From Parcubacteria group bacterium (GTDB lineage Bacteria > Patescibacteriota > Minisyncoccia > Phycocordibacterales > CSBR16-119): a stretch of DNA of 64,000 nt. The position numbers and the translations under genes were made by a program. The DNA lies in the NCBI GenBank assembly GCA_943356745.1, contig CALRFT010000001.1, forward strand, positions 11,946 to 75,945. Reading direction: 5' to 3'. Shown one piece after another: positions 17,861-26,720 of this stretch. Each line of letters opens with the position of its first letter. Positions within the stretch are counted from its first letter, which is position 1. Under the pieces are notes generated by a model. The model was not told the DNA's origin. It searched no databases and was given only the letters and a program-made list of their open reading frames with translations.

Positions 17861-17901
17861 CCAGAAAAAACAAAAACCCCGTGAATATTCACGGGGTTTT
17901 T
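17861..17901. repeat. 41-bp repeat copy 2, containing a palindromic terminator (downstream of gap)
   Basis: Identical to 17110-17150. Confidence 0.9.
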
Positions 17902-17903
17902 GT

Positions 17904-18920
17904 TTATTTACCTGTTTTAATAACATGATCCACTAATGTATGCGTATACCCCATTTCGTTGTCGTACCAAGCTAAAACTTTTACCAAATTTCCGTCCACA
18001 ACTCGTGTCATAGAAAGATCGGCAATTGAAGCGTGTGGACTTCCAAGAATATCACTTGAAACAAGCTGATCTTCTGTCGCAGAAAATACTCTCGCCCATC
18101 TGGAATCCATTGCAGCTTCTTTCAAAATCTTGTTTACTTCTTCCACGCTCGTATTTCTCTTTGCGATAAATGTTACATCAGCAAGAGAACCGGCAATCAC
18201 TGGTACACGAATCGCGATTCCATCAAACTTCCCTTTCAAATTTGTCACAACTTCAGTCACAGCTTTTGCTGCGCCCGTACTTGTCGGAACCATATTCTGC
18301 GCCGCCGCTCGTCCTTCACGCCAATCTTTTTTGTTTGGTCCGTCGACAATACTTTGACTTGCTGTGTATGCGTGTACAGTATTTAAAATTGCTTTTTCAA
18401 TTCCAATAGCGTCATCCAAGATTGCAATGAGCGGACTTACTGCATTTGTAGTACATGAACCATTTGAAGAAATATCACAGGTTCCAAGTTGTTCGTCATT
18501 GATTGCCATGAGAACTGTTGCTGAAGTTACTCCTTCTTCTGGAGTTCCTTTTGCCGGTGCAGAAATCACAACTTTTTTTGCACCTGCTTTTCTGTGAAGA
18601 TTTGCTTTTGCATAATCAGTAAATACGCCTGTTGATTCAACAACAACATCAATGTTGAGGTCTCCCCATGGAAGTTTGAGCGGATCTGTTTCTGAAAAGA
18701 AAGAAAGAATTTTTCCATTTACCACAAGTTTGCCGTCAACAACCTCAACAGCGAACTTTGAAACTCCGTATGCTGTGTCATATTTGAGAAGATAGGCAAG
18801 ATTGTGAATATCACCAAGATCGTTCACTGCAACAATTTCAAGTTCTGGTCGCTCCACTGCGACTTTTAAAAATGCTCTTCCGATTCGGCCAAGGCCATTG
18901 ATTGCGACACGTGTTTTCAT
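17904..18920 (-). CDS. gap: glyceraldehyde-3-phosphate dehydrogenase, type I
   Basis: NGLGRIGR Rossmann motif and SCTTNA active-site Cys. Confidence 0.95.
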   Translation of the reverse strand: MKTRVAINGLGRIGRAFLKVAVERPELEIVAVNDLGDIHNLAYLLKYDTAYGVSKFAVEVVDGKLVVNGKILSFFSETDPLKLPWGDLNIDVVVESTGVFTDYAKANLHRKAGAKKVVISAPAKGTPEEGVTSATVLMAINDEQLGTCDISSNGSCTTNAVSPLIAILDDAIGIEKAILNTVHAYTASQSIVDGPNKKDWREGRAAAQNMVPTSTGAAKAVTEVVTNLKGKFDGIAIRVPVIAGSLADVTFIAKRNTSVEEVNKILKEAAMDSRWARVFSATEDQLVSSDILGSPHASIADLSMTRVVDGNLVKVLAWYDNEMGYTHTLVDHVIKTGK

Positions 18921-18992
18921 AAGTATGTATAAGATTTGAAATGATTAATATGCTTGTAGTATAGCAAAAATATCTTAATTGACGAAAAGATT

Positions 18993-19388
18993 ATGTTTAC
19001 TATACTGAAAGAAAAAAGCTCTATGGATAAACCTCTTTGTATAGATGTTAAAATTATTGTTGATTTTTTTATCTATCTTATTCTTTTCATATCTCTTTGT
19101 ATTTATGTTTTTCTCAGACTCAAATGGAAACAAGTGAATTCTCAAAATATAATTTTATACTTTAATCTTATAGATATTTCCCATATTTTAACTTTGGGTT
19201 TGAGTCTTCTGGTTGGTTTTATTTTGCAAGAAAAACATTTTATATTCACTCTAATACTCGCTATTGTTATAAGTATGTTTTTCATATCAAACATTTCGTT
19301 TAGTGTAAAAAATCGAGAAAAATACAAAGAAGCTAAGAGGAACAGAAGAAAGATTATTGATTCAAGTATTTTGGATCAAGAGATTTAA
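18993..19388 (+). CDS. hypothetical membrane protein
   Basis: 131 aa with 3-4 hydrophobic helices. Confidence 0.5.
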   Translation: MFTILKEKSSMDKPLCIDVKIIVDFFIYLILFISLCIYVFLRLKWKQVNSQNIILYFNLIDISHILTLGLSLLVGFILQEKHFIFTLILAIVISMFFISNISFSVKNREKYKEAKRNRRKIIDSSILDQEI

Positions 19389-19394
19389 AGATTA

Positions 19395-19429
19395 AAAGAG
19401 TCCGAAGCGTAGCTTCGGACTCTTTTTTA
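19395..19429. terminator. bidirectional terminator
   Basis: agagtccgaagc-gta-gcttcggactct with flanking T/A runs. Confidence 0.8.
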
Positions 19430-20854
19430 TGAAAGTATTTGTTTCAAAATCTCAGTTGCGATTTCTGGGTTTACAGAACCCTTACTTTCTTTCATTACCT
19501 GACCCATGAGGAATTTCAAAACATTTTCGTTTCCATTTTTGTAATCTTCAACTTGAGCTGGAAATCCTTCAATTATTTTTTGAACCATTGTTTTAATAGC
19601 TCCTTCATCTGACTGCTGAAGCAAACCTTTTTCTTCTGCGATTACTGACGGTTTTCCACCTTGTGTACAGAGAATGAGAAGAATATCTTTTGCGCCTCGA
19701 GAGTTGATAAGATTTTTTGCAATCATTTCAACAAGTTCAGCAAAAGATTCTTTTTGTGGATACTGAAAACCTTCAATATTTGCTCGATATCCCAAAAGAT
19801 CAGAACAAAGATAGTTTGATGCTTTTACCAGAACATCTTTTTGATTTGAGAATACAGATACAGCATGTTCAAAAATTGGTGCAATTTCTTTATCTCCAAT
19901 CAAGATCTCAATATCTTCTGCTTTGATTCCAAGATTTGAATATCGCTCTCTTTTTTGCCATGGAAGTTCTGGAAGTTCAGACTTCATTTTTTCAATATCA
20001 AACATTTCATGAAGATAGAACTTTGGAATATCTGGATCTGGAAAATATCGATAGTCTTCTGAATTTTCTTTTGAACGTTGAGAAACTGTGATTTGTTTGT
20101 CTTCATCCCAGCCTCTGGTTTCTTGTTTAATCTCATCCCCTCGTCCATCTTCCAAAAGTGCAATGTGTCGATCCATTTCATACCGCGCAGCTGCTTCTGC
20201 AGCTTTAAATGATCCAATATTTTTCACTTCCACTTTTGTTCCAAATTTTGCTGGATCATCCGAAACCGAAAGGTTTACTTCAACTCGCATTTCTCCCTTT
20301 TGAAGATTTGCATCTCCTGCTCCAAGTGTTCGAAGAAGAAGCTGAAATTCTTTTGCAAATTCAGAAACTTTTTCTGGAGTATAAATAACCGGCTCAGTCA
20401 CAAGCTCTGCAAGAGGAATTCCAGCTCGATTGAAATCAACTAAAGAATATCCTGATTCATGTTTGTTTGTTCCTGTATCTTCTTCCAAGTGAATTCGAGT
20501 TAAAGCAACACCTGCAAGAGAACCACCAGAAACAATCGGATGTTTATATTGAGAAATCTGATAGCCTTTTGGAATATCTGGATAGAAGTAGTTTTTTCGG
20601 TCAAATTCTGTAAAGTTTGCAATATTTCCTCCGACAGCAAGCCCAATTCGAATCATATGCTCGAGAGCTTTTTTGTTTACCACAGGAAGAGTTCCAGGGT
20701 GCGCTAAAGAAACCGGATCAATATTTTGATTTGGTTCCTCTTCATCAGGATTATTGAGTGCTCGAGAAAACATTTTTGTTTTTGTTTTAAGCTCCGCATG
20801 AATCTCAAGTCCTATAGTGAGATAATATTTTCCTTTGTATATTGGTCGTTCCAT
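19427..20854 (-). CDS. gatB: Asp-tRNA(Asn)/Glu-tRNA(Gln) amidotransferase subunit B
   Basis: GatB N-terminus MERPIYKGKYYLTIGLEIHAEL and a C-terminal YqeY-like domain. Start at 20854 because a TATAAT -10 lies inside the longer ORF extension. Confidence 0.92.
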   Translation of the reverse strand: MERPIYKGKYYLTIGLEIHAELKTKTKMFSRALNNPDEEEPNQNIDPVSLAHPGTLPVVNKKALEHMIRIGLAVGGNIANFTEFDRKNYFYPDIPKGYQISQYKHPIVSGGSLAGVALTRIHLEEDTGTNKHESGYSLVDFNRAGIPLAELVTEPVIYTPEKVSEFAKEFQLLLRTLGAGDANLQKGEMRVEVNLSVSDDPAKFGTKVEVKNIGSFKAAEAAARYEMDRHIALLEDGRGDEIKQETRGWDEDKQITVSQRSKENSEDYRYFPDPDIPKFYLHEMFDIEKMKSELPELPWQKRERYSNLGIKAEDIEILIGDKEIAPIFEHAVSVFSNQKDVLVKASNYLCSDLLGYRANIEGFQYPQKESFAELVEMIAKNLINSRGAKDILLILCTQGGKPSVIAEEKGLLQQSDEGAIKTMVQKIIEGFPAQVEDYKNGNENVLKFLMGQVMKESKGSVNPEIATEILKQILS

Positions 20855-20861
20855 GTCTTGG

Positions 20862-20867
20862 ATTATA
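20862..20867 (-). promoter_or_regulatory. -10 TATAAT 7 nt upstream of the gatB ATG
   Basis: Minus-strand TATAAT, then ccaagac, then ATG. Confidence 0.4.
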
Positions 20868-20929
20868 CTCAAATTTATTGTTTTATGAAATTTGACAAAT
20901 ATTATTAATATAGTATTAAACGAAATAAA

Positions 20930-20950
20930 AATACCCCTTCCGGGGTTGTT
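20930..20950 (-). terminator. terminator downstream of obg
   Basis: Short GC stem acccc/ggggt followed by a T-run on the minus strand. Confidence 0.5.
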
Positions 20951-20951
20951 T

Positions 20952-21935
20952 TTATTTTCTCAAAATTTTAAGAATTTCTTGTTCAAATTCTTTTACTTGT
21001 TCCCCGTCAAACATACTGATTGCCATAACTGGTTTTTTGAGTTTTGAAAATTGTTTCAAAACATCTTTCACCATTTTTTCTGGTACCATATCTGTTTTTG
21101 TAAGAAGAATGAATTCATCTTTTTCAAGAAGTTTTGGATCAAATACTTCAAGTTCTTTTCGAATTGTTTTGTAAGCATCCATCATTCCTCCTTCTTTTTC
21201 GATTTCGTTTTCAAAAGAAACAAGATGAACCAGGGTTTTTGTTCGGGAAATATGTTTCAAGAATTTAATTCCAAGACCTCTTCCTTCTCCAGCTCCTTCG
21301 ATAATTCCTGGAATATCAGCGATTACAAAATCATAGAAAGCTCCCAAGTGAGGATCAAGTGTCGTAAAGGCATATGCTCCAATTTTTGATTTTGAGTTTG
21401 TGACAGATTGAATCAAACTTGATTTTCCAGCATTTGGAAATCCGACAAGTCCAAGATCTGCAAACAAACGAAGTTCAATAGAAAATTCTGCTTCTTCTCC
21501 TTTTTTACCTGGAGTCCATTCATATGGGGTTGTGTTTGTCGAAGCTTTGAAATGTTCGTTTCCAAAACCACCTCTTCCTCCTCGGAGAATTTTTATTTTT
21601 TGCCCAGGAGATGTGAGTTCATACTGAGCTCCAGTAGAAAGATTTGTAATTAAAGTTCCGACAGGAAGAAGAATTATTTTATCTTCTCCATTCACACCGT
21701 GCATACTTTTTCTTGAGCCGTCTTCACCTTTTTCCGCAAGAAATTCTGGACCATGAGAATATTTTGAGAGAATAGAAACGTCTCGAACAGCTTCAATATA
21801 TACATCTCCACCATTTCCACCGTCGCCACCAGAAGGTCCACCCTTTGGGATAAACTTTTCCTGGCGCCATCGTATAACGCCGTTTCCACCGTCGCCCGCC
21901 TTTGCATAGATTTTTAGCTCGTCTACGAATGCCAT
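20952..21935 (-). CDS. obg: GTPase Obg
   Basis: Obg fold N-terminus (FVDELKIYAKAGDGGNG) and G-domain motifs GFPNAGKSS, DIPG, LTKTD. Confidence 0.95.
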   Translation of the reverse strand: MAFVDELKIYAKAGDGGNGVIRWRQEKFIPKGGPSGGDGGNGGDVYIEAVRDVSILSKYSHGPEFLAEKGEDGSRKSMHGVNGEDKIILLPVGTLITNLSTGAQYELTSPGQKIKILRGGRGGFGNEHFKASTNTTPYEWTPGKKGEEAEFSIELRLFADLGLVGFPNAGKSSLIQSVTNSKSKIGAYAFTTLDPHLGAFYDFVIADIPGIIEGAGEGRGLGIKFLKHISRTKTLVHLVSFENEIEKEGGMMDAYKTIRKELEVFDPKLLEKDEFILLTKTDMVPEKMVKDVLKQFSKLKKPVMAISMFDGEQVKEFEQEILKILRK

Positions 21936-21946
21936 AGGTTTACAGA

Positions 21947-22861
21947 TTACGCTTTTTGTGACTTTTTAGCAAGTTCCAGAGCTTCTTCTTTTGTTTTTGC
22001 GGAGCACAAAAAACCTGAGTTGTGACAAAAAACAGCCCCAGAAACTCCGGTTTCTTTTGCTAACTCTTCACCTCGAAGCCCTCGCCAAGACGGAGGAAAT
22101 GGTTTTTTTGAATCAAAAGTTCCCTTTTCTTTTCGAGTAGTACAAACATCCCAACCGCCGCCACGCTTTGACGGATATACAAAATACAAAAGTTCAGAAA
22201 AGTCTTGCACAGCAATTGATATGGCAACTCGACCGAAAAAATCATCTACAACCAAAATTTCTTTTTCATCTTGCTGTTCATAGATTTCTTGCACTTTTAA
22301 ATTTATCTCATATTGAACCTTTGTTTGGTGAATCATACGCTCAAGATAGAGCGCTGCAATATGCATTGCATCATCGAAACGATGATCCGAAAGTCCCATA
22401 TCTTCCACATGAGTCAGATTAAAAGATTGCAGTAGACTTTGAACAAAAACAGGAGAAATATCATCTCGAAGATTTTGAGAAATAGTAACTCCATTATCAG
22501 CAGCGTCGATTGCTTGAACAAGATTTATATCAATCTGATCTGCAATATCTTGTGAATCACAAAGAAGTGATCCATATTTTTTCCAAACCAAACCAAATGA
22601 CGCAAATGGAATTCCATTCGCCCGCTCACCCGCCCCACCTTTTTGATGATGGTCGAAACGATTTGTTTCTTCATCATATTCAGCACCAATATCAAATACA
22701 ATATCGCCTGTATTAATCACCTCCTGATTAACACTTCGAATAAGTTTGTAGGATTTCTTTATTTTTTTGTAATAGAGATGCAGAGTTGCAGCAGCAAAAA
22801 CATCATCTGAATGAAATGATCCACTGTGTGTTATGAGTACATCTTTTTTATTCCAAAACAT
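21947..22861 (-). CDS. MYG1/UPF0160-family metal-dependent hydrolase
   Basis: N-terminal HSGSFHSDDVFA motif characteristic of the MYG1 family. Confidence 0.6.
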   Translation of the reverse strand: MFWNKKDVLITHSGSFHSDDVFAAATLHLYYKKIKKSYKLIRSVNQEVINTGDIVFDIGAEYDEETNRFDHHQKGGAGERANGIPFASFGLVWKKYGSLLCDSQDIADQIDINLVQAIDAADNGVTISQNLRDDISPVFVQSLLQSFNLTHVEDMGLSDHRFDDAMHIAALYLERMIHQTKVQYEINLKVQEIYEQQDEKEILVVDDFFGRVAISIAVQDFSELLYFVYPSKRGGGWDVCTTRKEKGTFDSKKPFPPSWRGLRGEELAKETGVSGAVFCHNSGFLCSAKTKEEALELAKKSQKA

Positions 22862-23211
22862 TAGTTTTCTTCTCTATCAATAAATGTTGACAATAACCCA
22901 CTTACCACCGAAACAACCAAACTTCCCCAAAAAGCAGCAATGAATGTTGTTACAAAAAATCCAGAGATGACACTTCCAGCAAACCAAAATAATCCGGCAT
23001 TAATAACAAGAGAAAAAAGACCAAATGTAAGAAGTGTGATTGGGAGAGTTATTATTTTTATAATTGGCTTAATAAGTCCATGTGCGAATGTAAGCACAAC
23101 ACCCATCAAAACCAAAGCTTGCCAACCATCATAAGAAACCCCGGAAACAATTCTCGAAGCAAGATATACCGCACCTATAAAAATAAGTGTACGCAAGATA
23201 ATATTTTTCAT
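22861..23211 (-). CDS. DUF360/YvlD-like (holin-family) small membrane protein
   Basis: 116 aa with four TM helices; overlaps the preceding gene by 1 nt (ATGA). Confidence 0.5.
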   Translation of the reverse strand: MKNIILRTLIFIGAVYLASRIVSGVSYDGWQALVLMGVVLTFAHGLIKPIIKIITLPITLLTFGLFSLVINAGLFWFAGSVISGFFVTTFIAAFWGSLVVSVVSGLLSTFIDREEN

Positions 23212-23226
23212 ATAAATGTGTAACTG

Positions 23227-23682
23227 TTAGTTAAAAAGTGATTCAACAACCGCTTTAACATCTGAACCATCAGCTTGACCTCCTAGTTCTTTCATAACCG
23301 CACCAACAAGAATTCCTACTTTTGATTTATCATCCAATCCAAGCTCTGCTTTTTTCTTTTCTGCAATTGGTTTGATTTCTTCTTGAGACATCATTTTTGG
23401 AAGAAGTGTTTCAAGAACAGAAAGTTCCGCTTCTTCTTGAACCGCCAAATCTTCTCTTCCACCATTTCTAAATTGCTCAATTGAATCTTTTCTTTGTTTT
23501 GCAAGACGCTTAATAACACCCATTGCAAGATCATCAGAAACCTCACTTTGTGGAGTCATTCCCTTTGCAACAAGCTCGTTTGTAAATGCTGCTTTAATGT
23601 TTCGCATTACAGAGAGACGAACTTCATCTTTATTTTTCATGGCTTCTTTCAAAGCTTCTTTGATATTGTTTTCTATTGACAT
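23227..23682 (-). CDS. GatB/YqeY domain protein
   Basis: MSIENNIKEALKEAMKNKDEVRLSVMRNIKAAF matches the YqeY N-terminus. Start at 23682, not the ORF-track 23751. Confidence 0.8.
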   Translation of the reverse strand: MSIENNIKEALKEAMKNKDEVRLSVMRNIKAAFTNELVAKGMTPQSEVSDDLAMGVIKRLAKQRKDSIEQFRNGGREDLAVQEEAELSVLETLLPKMMSQEEIKPIAEKKKAELGLDDKSKVGILVGAVMKELGGQADGSDVKAVVESLFN

Positions 23683-23689
23683 AATACCT

Positions 23690-23698
23690 ACTATATCA
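23690..23698 (-). promoter_or_regulatory. extended -10 (TGaTATAGT) 7 nt upstream of the yqeY ATG
   Basis: Minus-strand tgaTATAGT, then aggtatt, then ATG. Confidence 0.45.
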
Positions 23699-23723
23699 TT
23701 TTTGGTTCTTTTTTGGAAATAGA

Positions 23724-23756
23724 AAAAGCGGCGCACGAAGTGCGCCGCCAAAAAGG
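23724..23756 (-). terminator. GC-rich intrinsic terminator oriented on the minus strand, upstream of the yqeY promoter
   Basis: ggcggcgcac-ttc-gtgcgccgc followed by TTTTTCTATTT on the minus strand. Confidence 0.55.
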
Positions 23757-23996
23757 GACAAAGAGTCTAAAAGAAAATGGTTCAAAATACCAAATTATAC
23801 AATTTTTCTACAAGTCAACCGTTACTAAATGATTGCCCAGAATAGATAGAGTATTAATATTGGTAAAAACCCTAAGAAAACCATTAACCGCTTACAAAAA
23901 ACTCTTCGCCCTCCACCCTATTAAGCTTTGATAGAGTGAACGGGTTCCAAAAACAAAATATCACACTATTAAAAATAAATCAAGTCCCTTTTGATG

Positions 23997-24005
23997 TGAT
24001 ATACT
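23997..24005 (+). promoter_or_regulatory. extended -10 (TGaTATACT) 6 nt upstream of the exonuclease ATG
   Basis: tgaTATACT, then aaattc, then ATG at 24012. Confidence 0.45.
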
Positions 24006-24011
24006 AAATTC

Positions 24012-24758
24012 ATGAAATTAGACACTTTTTACAATATTTTTATCTTTGATACAGAGACCACAGGAGCAGATTCAAAAGACAGACTTTGTCAACTTGCTTA
24101 CAAAAATATCAATGAAAATTCAATCGTAAACGAGCTTTTCAATCCTCCAATTCCTATTTCTGTAGCTTCTCAAGCCGTGCACCACATAACCCCCAAAATG
24201 GTTGCAGAAAAACCACTCTTTCAAGAAAGTCCTTTATATGAAGAAATAAAAAAGGTATTCGAAAGTGAAAAAAATATTGTTGTTGCCCATAATGCAAAAT
24301 TTGATGTTGAGATGCTCGCGCGAGAAAATATCGCTTGCACAAATGTGATTGATACACTCAAGATAGTTCGTCACCTTGATCCAGACATGAAAATTGAAAG
24401 ACATAATCTTCAATATCTGCGATATCTTCTTGAGCTTGATAATGATATTGATGAACCAATCCAAGCACACGACGCAAAAGGTGATGTTTTAATTCTTGAA
24501 AAACTTTTCATTCGACTTTTCAGAAAAATGCGAGAAGATTTTTCAAATGACACAGAAACTCTTGAAAAGATGATTCAGATTTCAAAAGATCCAAGTTTGA
24601 TTCGAAAATTTAATTTTGGAAAACATATTGGTTCTTTTGTTTCCGATGTGGCACTTAAGGACCGAGGATATCTTGAATGGCTTCTTAAAACAAAGCGGAG
24701 CGAAGAACAGCCCGATGAAGACTGGATTTATACGCTTGAGCATTTTCTCAATACATAG
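24012..24758 (+). CDS. DEDDh 3-prime-5-prime exonuclease (DnaQ/epsilon-like) with C-terminal extension
   Basis: Exo I FDTETTG, Exo II HNAKFD and Exo III HDAKGD motifs. Confidence 0.8.
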   Translation: MKLDTFYNIFIFDTETTGADSKDRLCQLAYKNINENSIVNELFNPPIPISVASQAVHHITPKMVAEKPLFQESPLYEEIKKVFESEKNIVVAHNAKFDVEMLARENIACTNVIDTLKIVRHLDPDMKIERHNLQYLRYLLELDNDIDEPIQAHDAKGDVLILEKLFIRLFRKMREDFSNDTETLEKMIQISKDPSLIRKFNFGKHIGSFVSDVALKDRGYLEWLLKTKRSEEQPDEDWIYTLEHFLNT

Positions 24759-24775
24759 TACTGTAAAGAAAACGC

Positions 24776-24950
24776 TATGCTTATGGAAAAAACATGTACT
24801 CGCAATCCTGATCTATTGTTTGTCTCATTTTTGATTCCTGTTGGAATAGTATATTGGATCTTTCCGATAGTTTTCCAAATATCACTCATCTGTTCAGGTT
24901 TTATTTTAATTACTGGTCTGTATATATATTTTAAAAGTCCGCTTTCTTGA
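24776..24950 (+). CDS. small hydrophobic protein (57 aa)
   Basis: MLMEKTCTRNPDLLFVSFLIPVGIVYWIFPIVFQISLICSGFILITGLYIYFKSPLS; the stop lies inside the terminator hairpin. Confidence 0.3.
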
Positions 24951-24960
24951 GAAAGCGGAC
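24930..24960 (+). terminator. rho-independent terminator
   Basis: aaagtccgctttc-ttga-gaaagcggacttt. Confidence 0.75.
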
Positions 24961-25013
24961 TTTATTGCATTTTTTATATATTATTGTATAATATCAAAAA
25001 ACCCACATGTATT

Positions 25014-25298
25014 ATGATAAATATTATTGAAATTATTACTCAAGCATCGAAAATCTACCTTTTAGTAGCTGATGGACAAGAAGCAATCCGAATAGACGAA
25101 CAGGAAGTCGCGAGCTTTAAGGAGCAAGCTGAGTTTTTTGTAAGAAAAAAATATGGACATTTTCTTGATATTCAAAATGTGTCTATCGATTTCCAGGGCG
25201 AGACTCAGGGAGCTGCTTGGGTGGAGATTTACCCGAAAAGCGATGGGATTTTAGAGTCCATTGCTGAAGAATACGGAATCAACATTGAGGAACATTAA
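25014..25298 (+). CDS. hypothetical protein (94 aa)
   Basis: The ORF track starts at a TTG at 24984 that overlaps a TATAAT; the ATG at 25014 is preferred. Confidence 0.45.
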   Translation: MINIIEIITQASKIYLLVADGQEAIRIDEQEVASFKEQAEFFVRKKYGHFLDIQNVSIDFQGETQGAAWVEIYPKSDGILESIAEEYGINIEEH

Positions 25299-25315
25299 AA
25301 TAAGTTCCTTAAATT

Positions 25316-25348
25316 TTAAAAAACCCGCAAATCTGTGGGTTTTTTCTT
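25316..25348 (+). terminator. rho-independent terminator
   Basis: aaaaacccgcaaatctgtgggttttttc. Confidence 0.7.
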
Positions 25349-25363
25349 TTCCTCCCTCTCGGG

Positions 25364-25369
25364 TATAAT
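25364..25369 (+). promoter_or_regulatory. -10 TATAAT 7 nt upstream of the rmuC ATG
   Basis: TATAAT, then aagcact, then ATG at 25377. Confidence 0.4.
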
Positions 25370-25376
25370 AAGCACT

Positions 25377-26417
25377 ATGGAAATACTAATACTTGGACTA
25401 CTTGTTGTAGCTATCATATTACTCATTATCAACATGAAGAAAAAACCAGTCGAAAAAAACGACGACAAGGCGATGGGACTTTTACTTCAGCAAATCAACG
25501 AACTCAACCGAACCGTAAACTCTCAGATTGGAGACTTTTCAAAATCTGTTGATTCAAAACTCTCAGACTCGGCAAGACAAACATTTTCTGCGATTCGTGA
25601 CATTACGGAGCAAGTCACTCGCCTTCAAGAAACAAACAAGCAAGTGATGGGATTTACAGAACAACTTGAGCAACTTCAAAATATTTTAAAAAATCCAAAA
25701 CAGCGAGGTGTTTTGGGAGAATACTATCTTGAAACACTTCTCAAAAATGTTCTCCCTCCAGGAAGCTACCAGATGCAATATGGATTTTCAAATGGAGAAA
25801 TTGTCGACGCTGCGGTATTTGTACGAGACAAAATAATTCCAATCGATTCAAAATTTTCTCTTGAAAACTACAATAGAATTGTCGAGGCTCGTGAACCGAG
25901 TGAAAAAGATAGGCTTGAAAAACTTTTCACAAACGACCTCAAAAACCGAATTGTGGAAACTTCAAAATATATTCGCCCGGAAGAAAAAACAATGGACTTT
26001 GCTTTCATGTTCATTCCTCATGAAGCAATTTACTATGATCTTCTGATAAACAAAATCGGAGCAATGCAAGGAGAAGACACAGAAAACCTCATTCAACGAG
26101 CAGCTTCAAAATACAAAGTGATTATTGTTTCCCCAACTTCATTCCTTGCCTATCTTCAAACGGTTTTACAAGGCCTCAAGGCGCTTCAAATCGAAGAAAG
26201 TGCAAAAGATATTCAAAAGCGAGTTGGAGAGCTTGGAACACATTTAAAGAGCTATGAAGAGTATCACAATAAGCTTGGAAAAAATCTTGGAACAGTGGTC
26301 AACCAATATGAACTCTCAAGCAAAGAACTCAAAAAAATAGATAAGGATGTTTTCAGAATTACAGGAGACACTATCAACCTTGAACTAGAAACTGTTGAAA
26401 AACCAGAACTTGAATAA
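25377..26417 (+). CDS. rmuC: DNA recombination protein RmuC
   Basis: N-terminal TM helix, coiled coil, and a C-terminal RmuC nuclease-like domain (AFMFIPHEAIYYDL). Confidence 0.8.
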   Translation: MEILILGLLVVAIILLIINMKKKPVEKNDDKAMGLLLQQINELNRTVNSQIGDFSKSVDSKLSDSARQTFSAIRDITEQVTRLQETNKQVMGFTEQLEQLQNILKNPKQRGVLGEYYLETLLKNVLPPGSYQMQYGFSNGEIVDAAVFVRDKIIPIDSKFSLENYNRIVEAREPSEKDRLEKLFTNDLKNRIVETSKYIRPEEKTMDFAFMFIPHEAIYYDLLINKIGAMQGEDTENLIQRAASKYKVIIVSPTSFLAYLQTVLQGLKALQIEESAKDIQKRVGELGTHLKSYEEYHNKLGKNLGTVVNQYELSSKELKKIDKDVFRITGDTINLELETVEKPELE

Positions 26418-26428
26418 ATAAAGATAAG

Positions 26429-26458
26429 AAAAAGCCCGACGCAAGCGTCGGGCTTTTT
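26429..26458 (+). terminator. rho-independent terminator
   Basis: aaaagcccgacgc-aa-gcgtcgggctttt. Confidence 0.8.
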
Positions 26459-26472
26459 ATTCTAACAACAAA

Positions 26473-26673
26473 TCAACATCCGCTACTATGAATCAAGCAA
26501 TCTTCTGCTATAGGTTTCAAAACATGGAATGGACAGTCGCGAGACTCAAGTCTTCCAAAAAGGGTATGTTTATCGCAGGTGCAATCTGTATGATTCAATT
26601 GTCGACATGTACAGATATTCATCTGTACATGTAAGGGTACAAATGGTTGAGTAAATAAATTCATAAGCAACAA
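26473..26673 (-). CDS. questionable Cys-rich small ORF (66 aa) in a terminator-bounded island
   Basis: Eight Cys residues (CTCRQLNHTDCTCDKH...CPFH...C), but a perfect 28-bp palindrome lies inside it. Confidence 0.2.
   Translation of the reverse strand: MLLMNLFTQPFVPLHVQMNICTCRQLNHTDCTCDKHTLFGRLESRDCPFHVLKPIAEDCLIHSSGC
26605..26632. promoter_or_regulatory. perfect 28-bp palindrome (12-bp arms, 4-nt spacer)
   Basis: ACATGTACAGAT-ATTC-ATCTGTACATGT. Confidence 0.6.
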
Positions 26674-26695
26674 TTTTCTTCTATTCTAACATAAC

Positions 26696-26720
26696 AAAAA
26701 CCCCGCGCTCCGGGGTTTTT
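26696..26720 (-). terminator. terminator downstream of the 26730-27287 gene
   Basis: aaaaaccccgcgctccggggttttt. Confidence 0.75.

Noticed and set aside
24616-24834. 72-aa ORF overlapping the 3-prime end of the exonuclease gene
   Set aside because: It is in a different frame, overlapping the conserved exonuclease C-terminus for 140 nt. A smaller non-overlapping ORF (24776-24950) explains the downstream region better.
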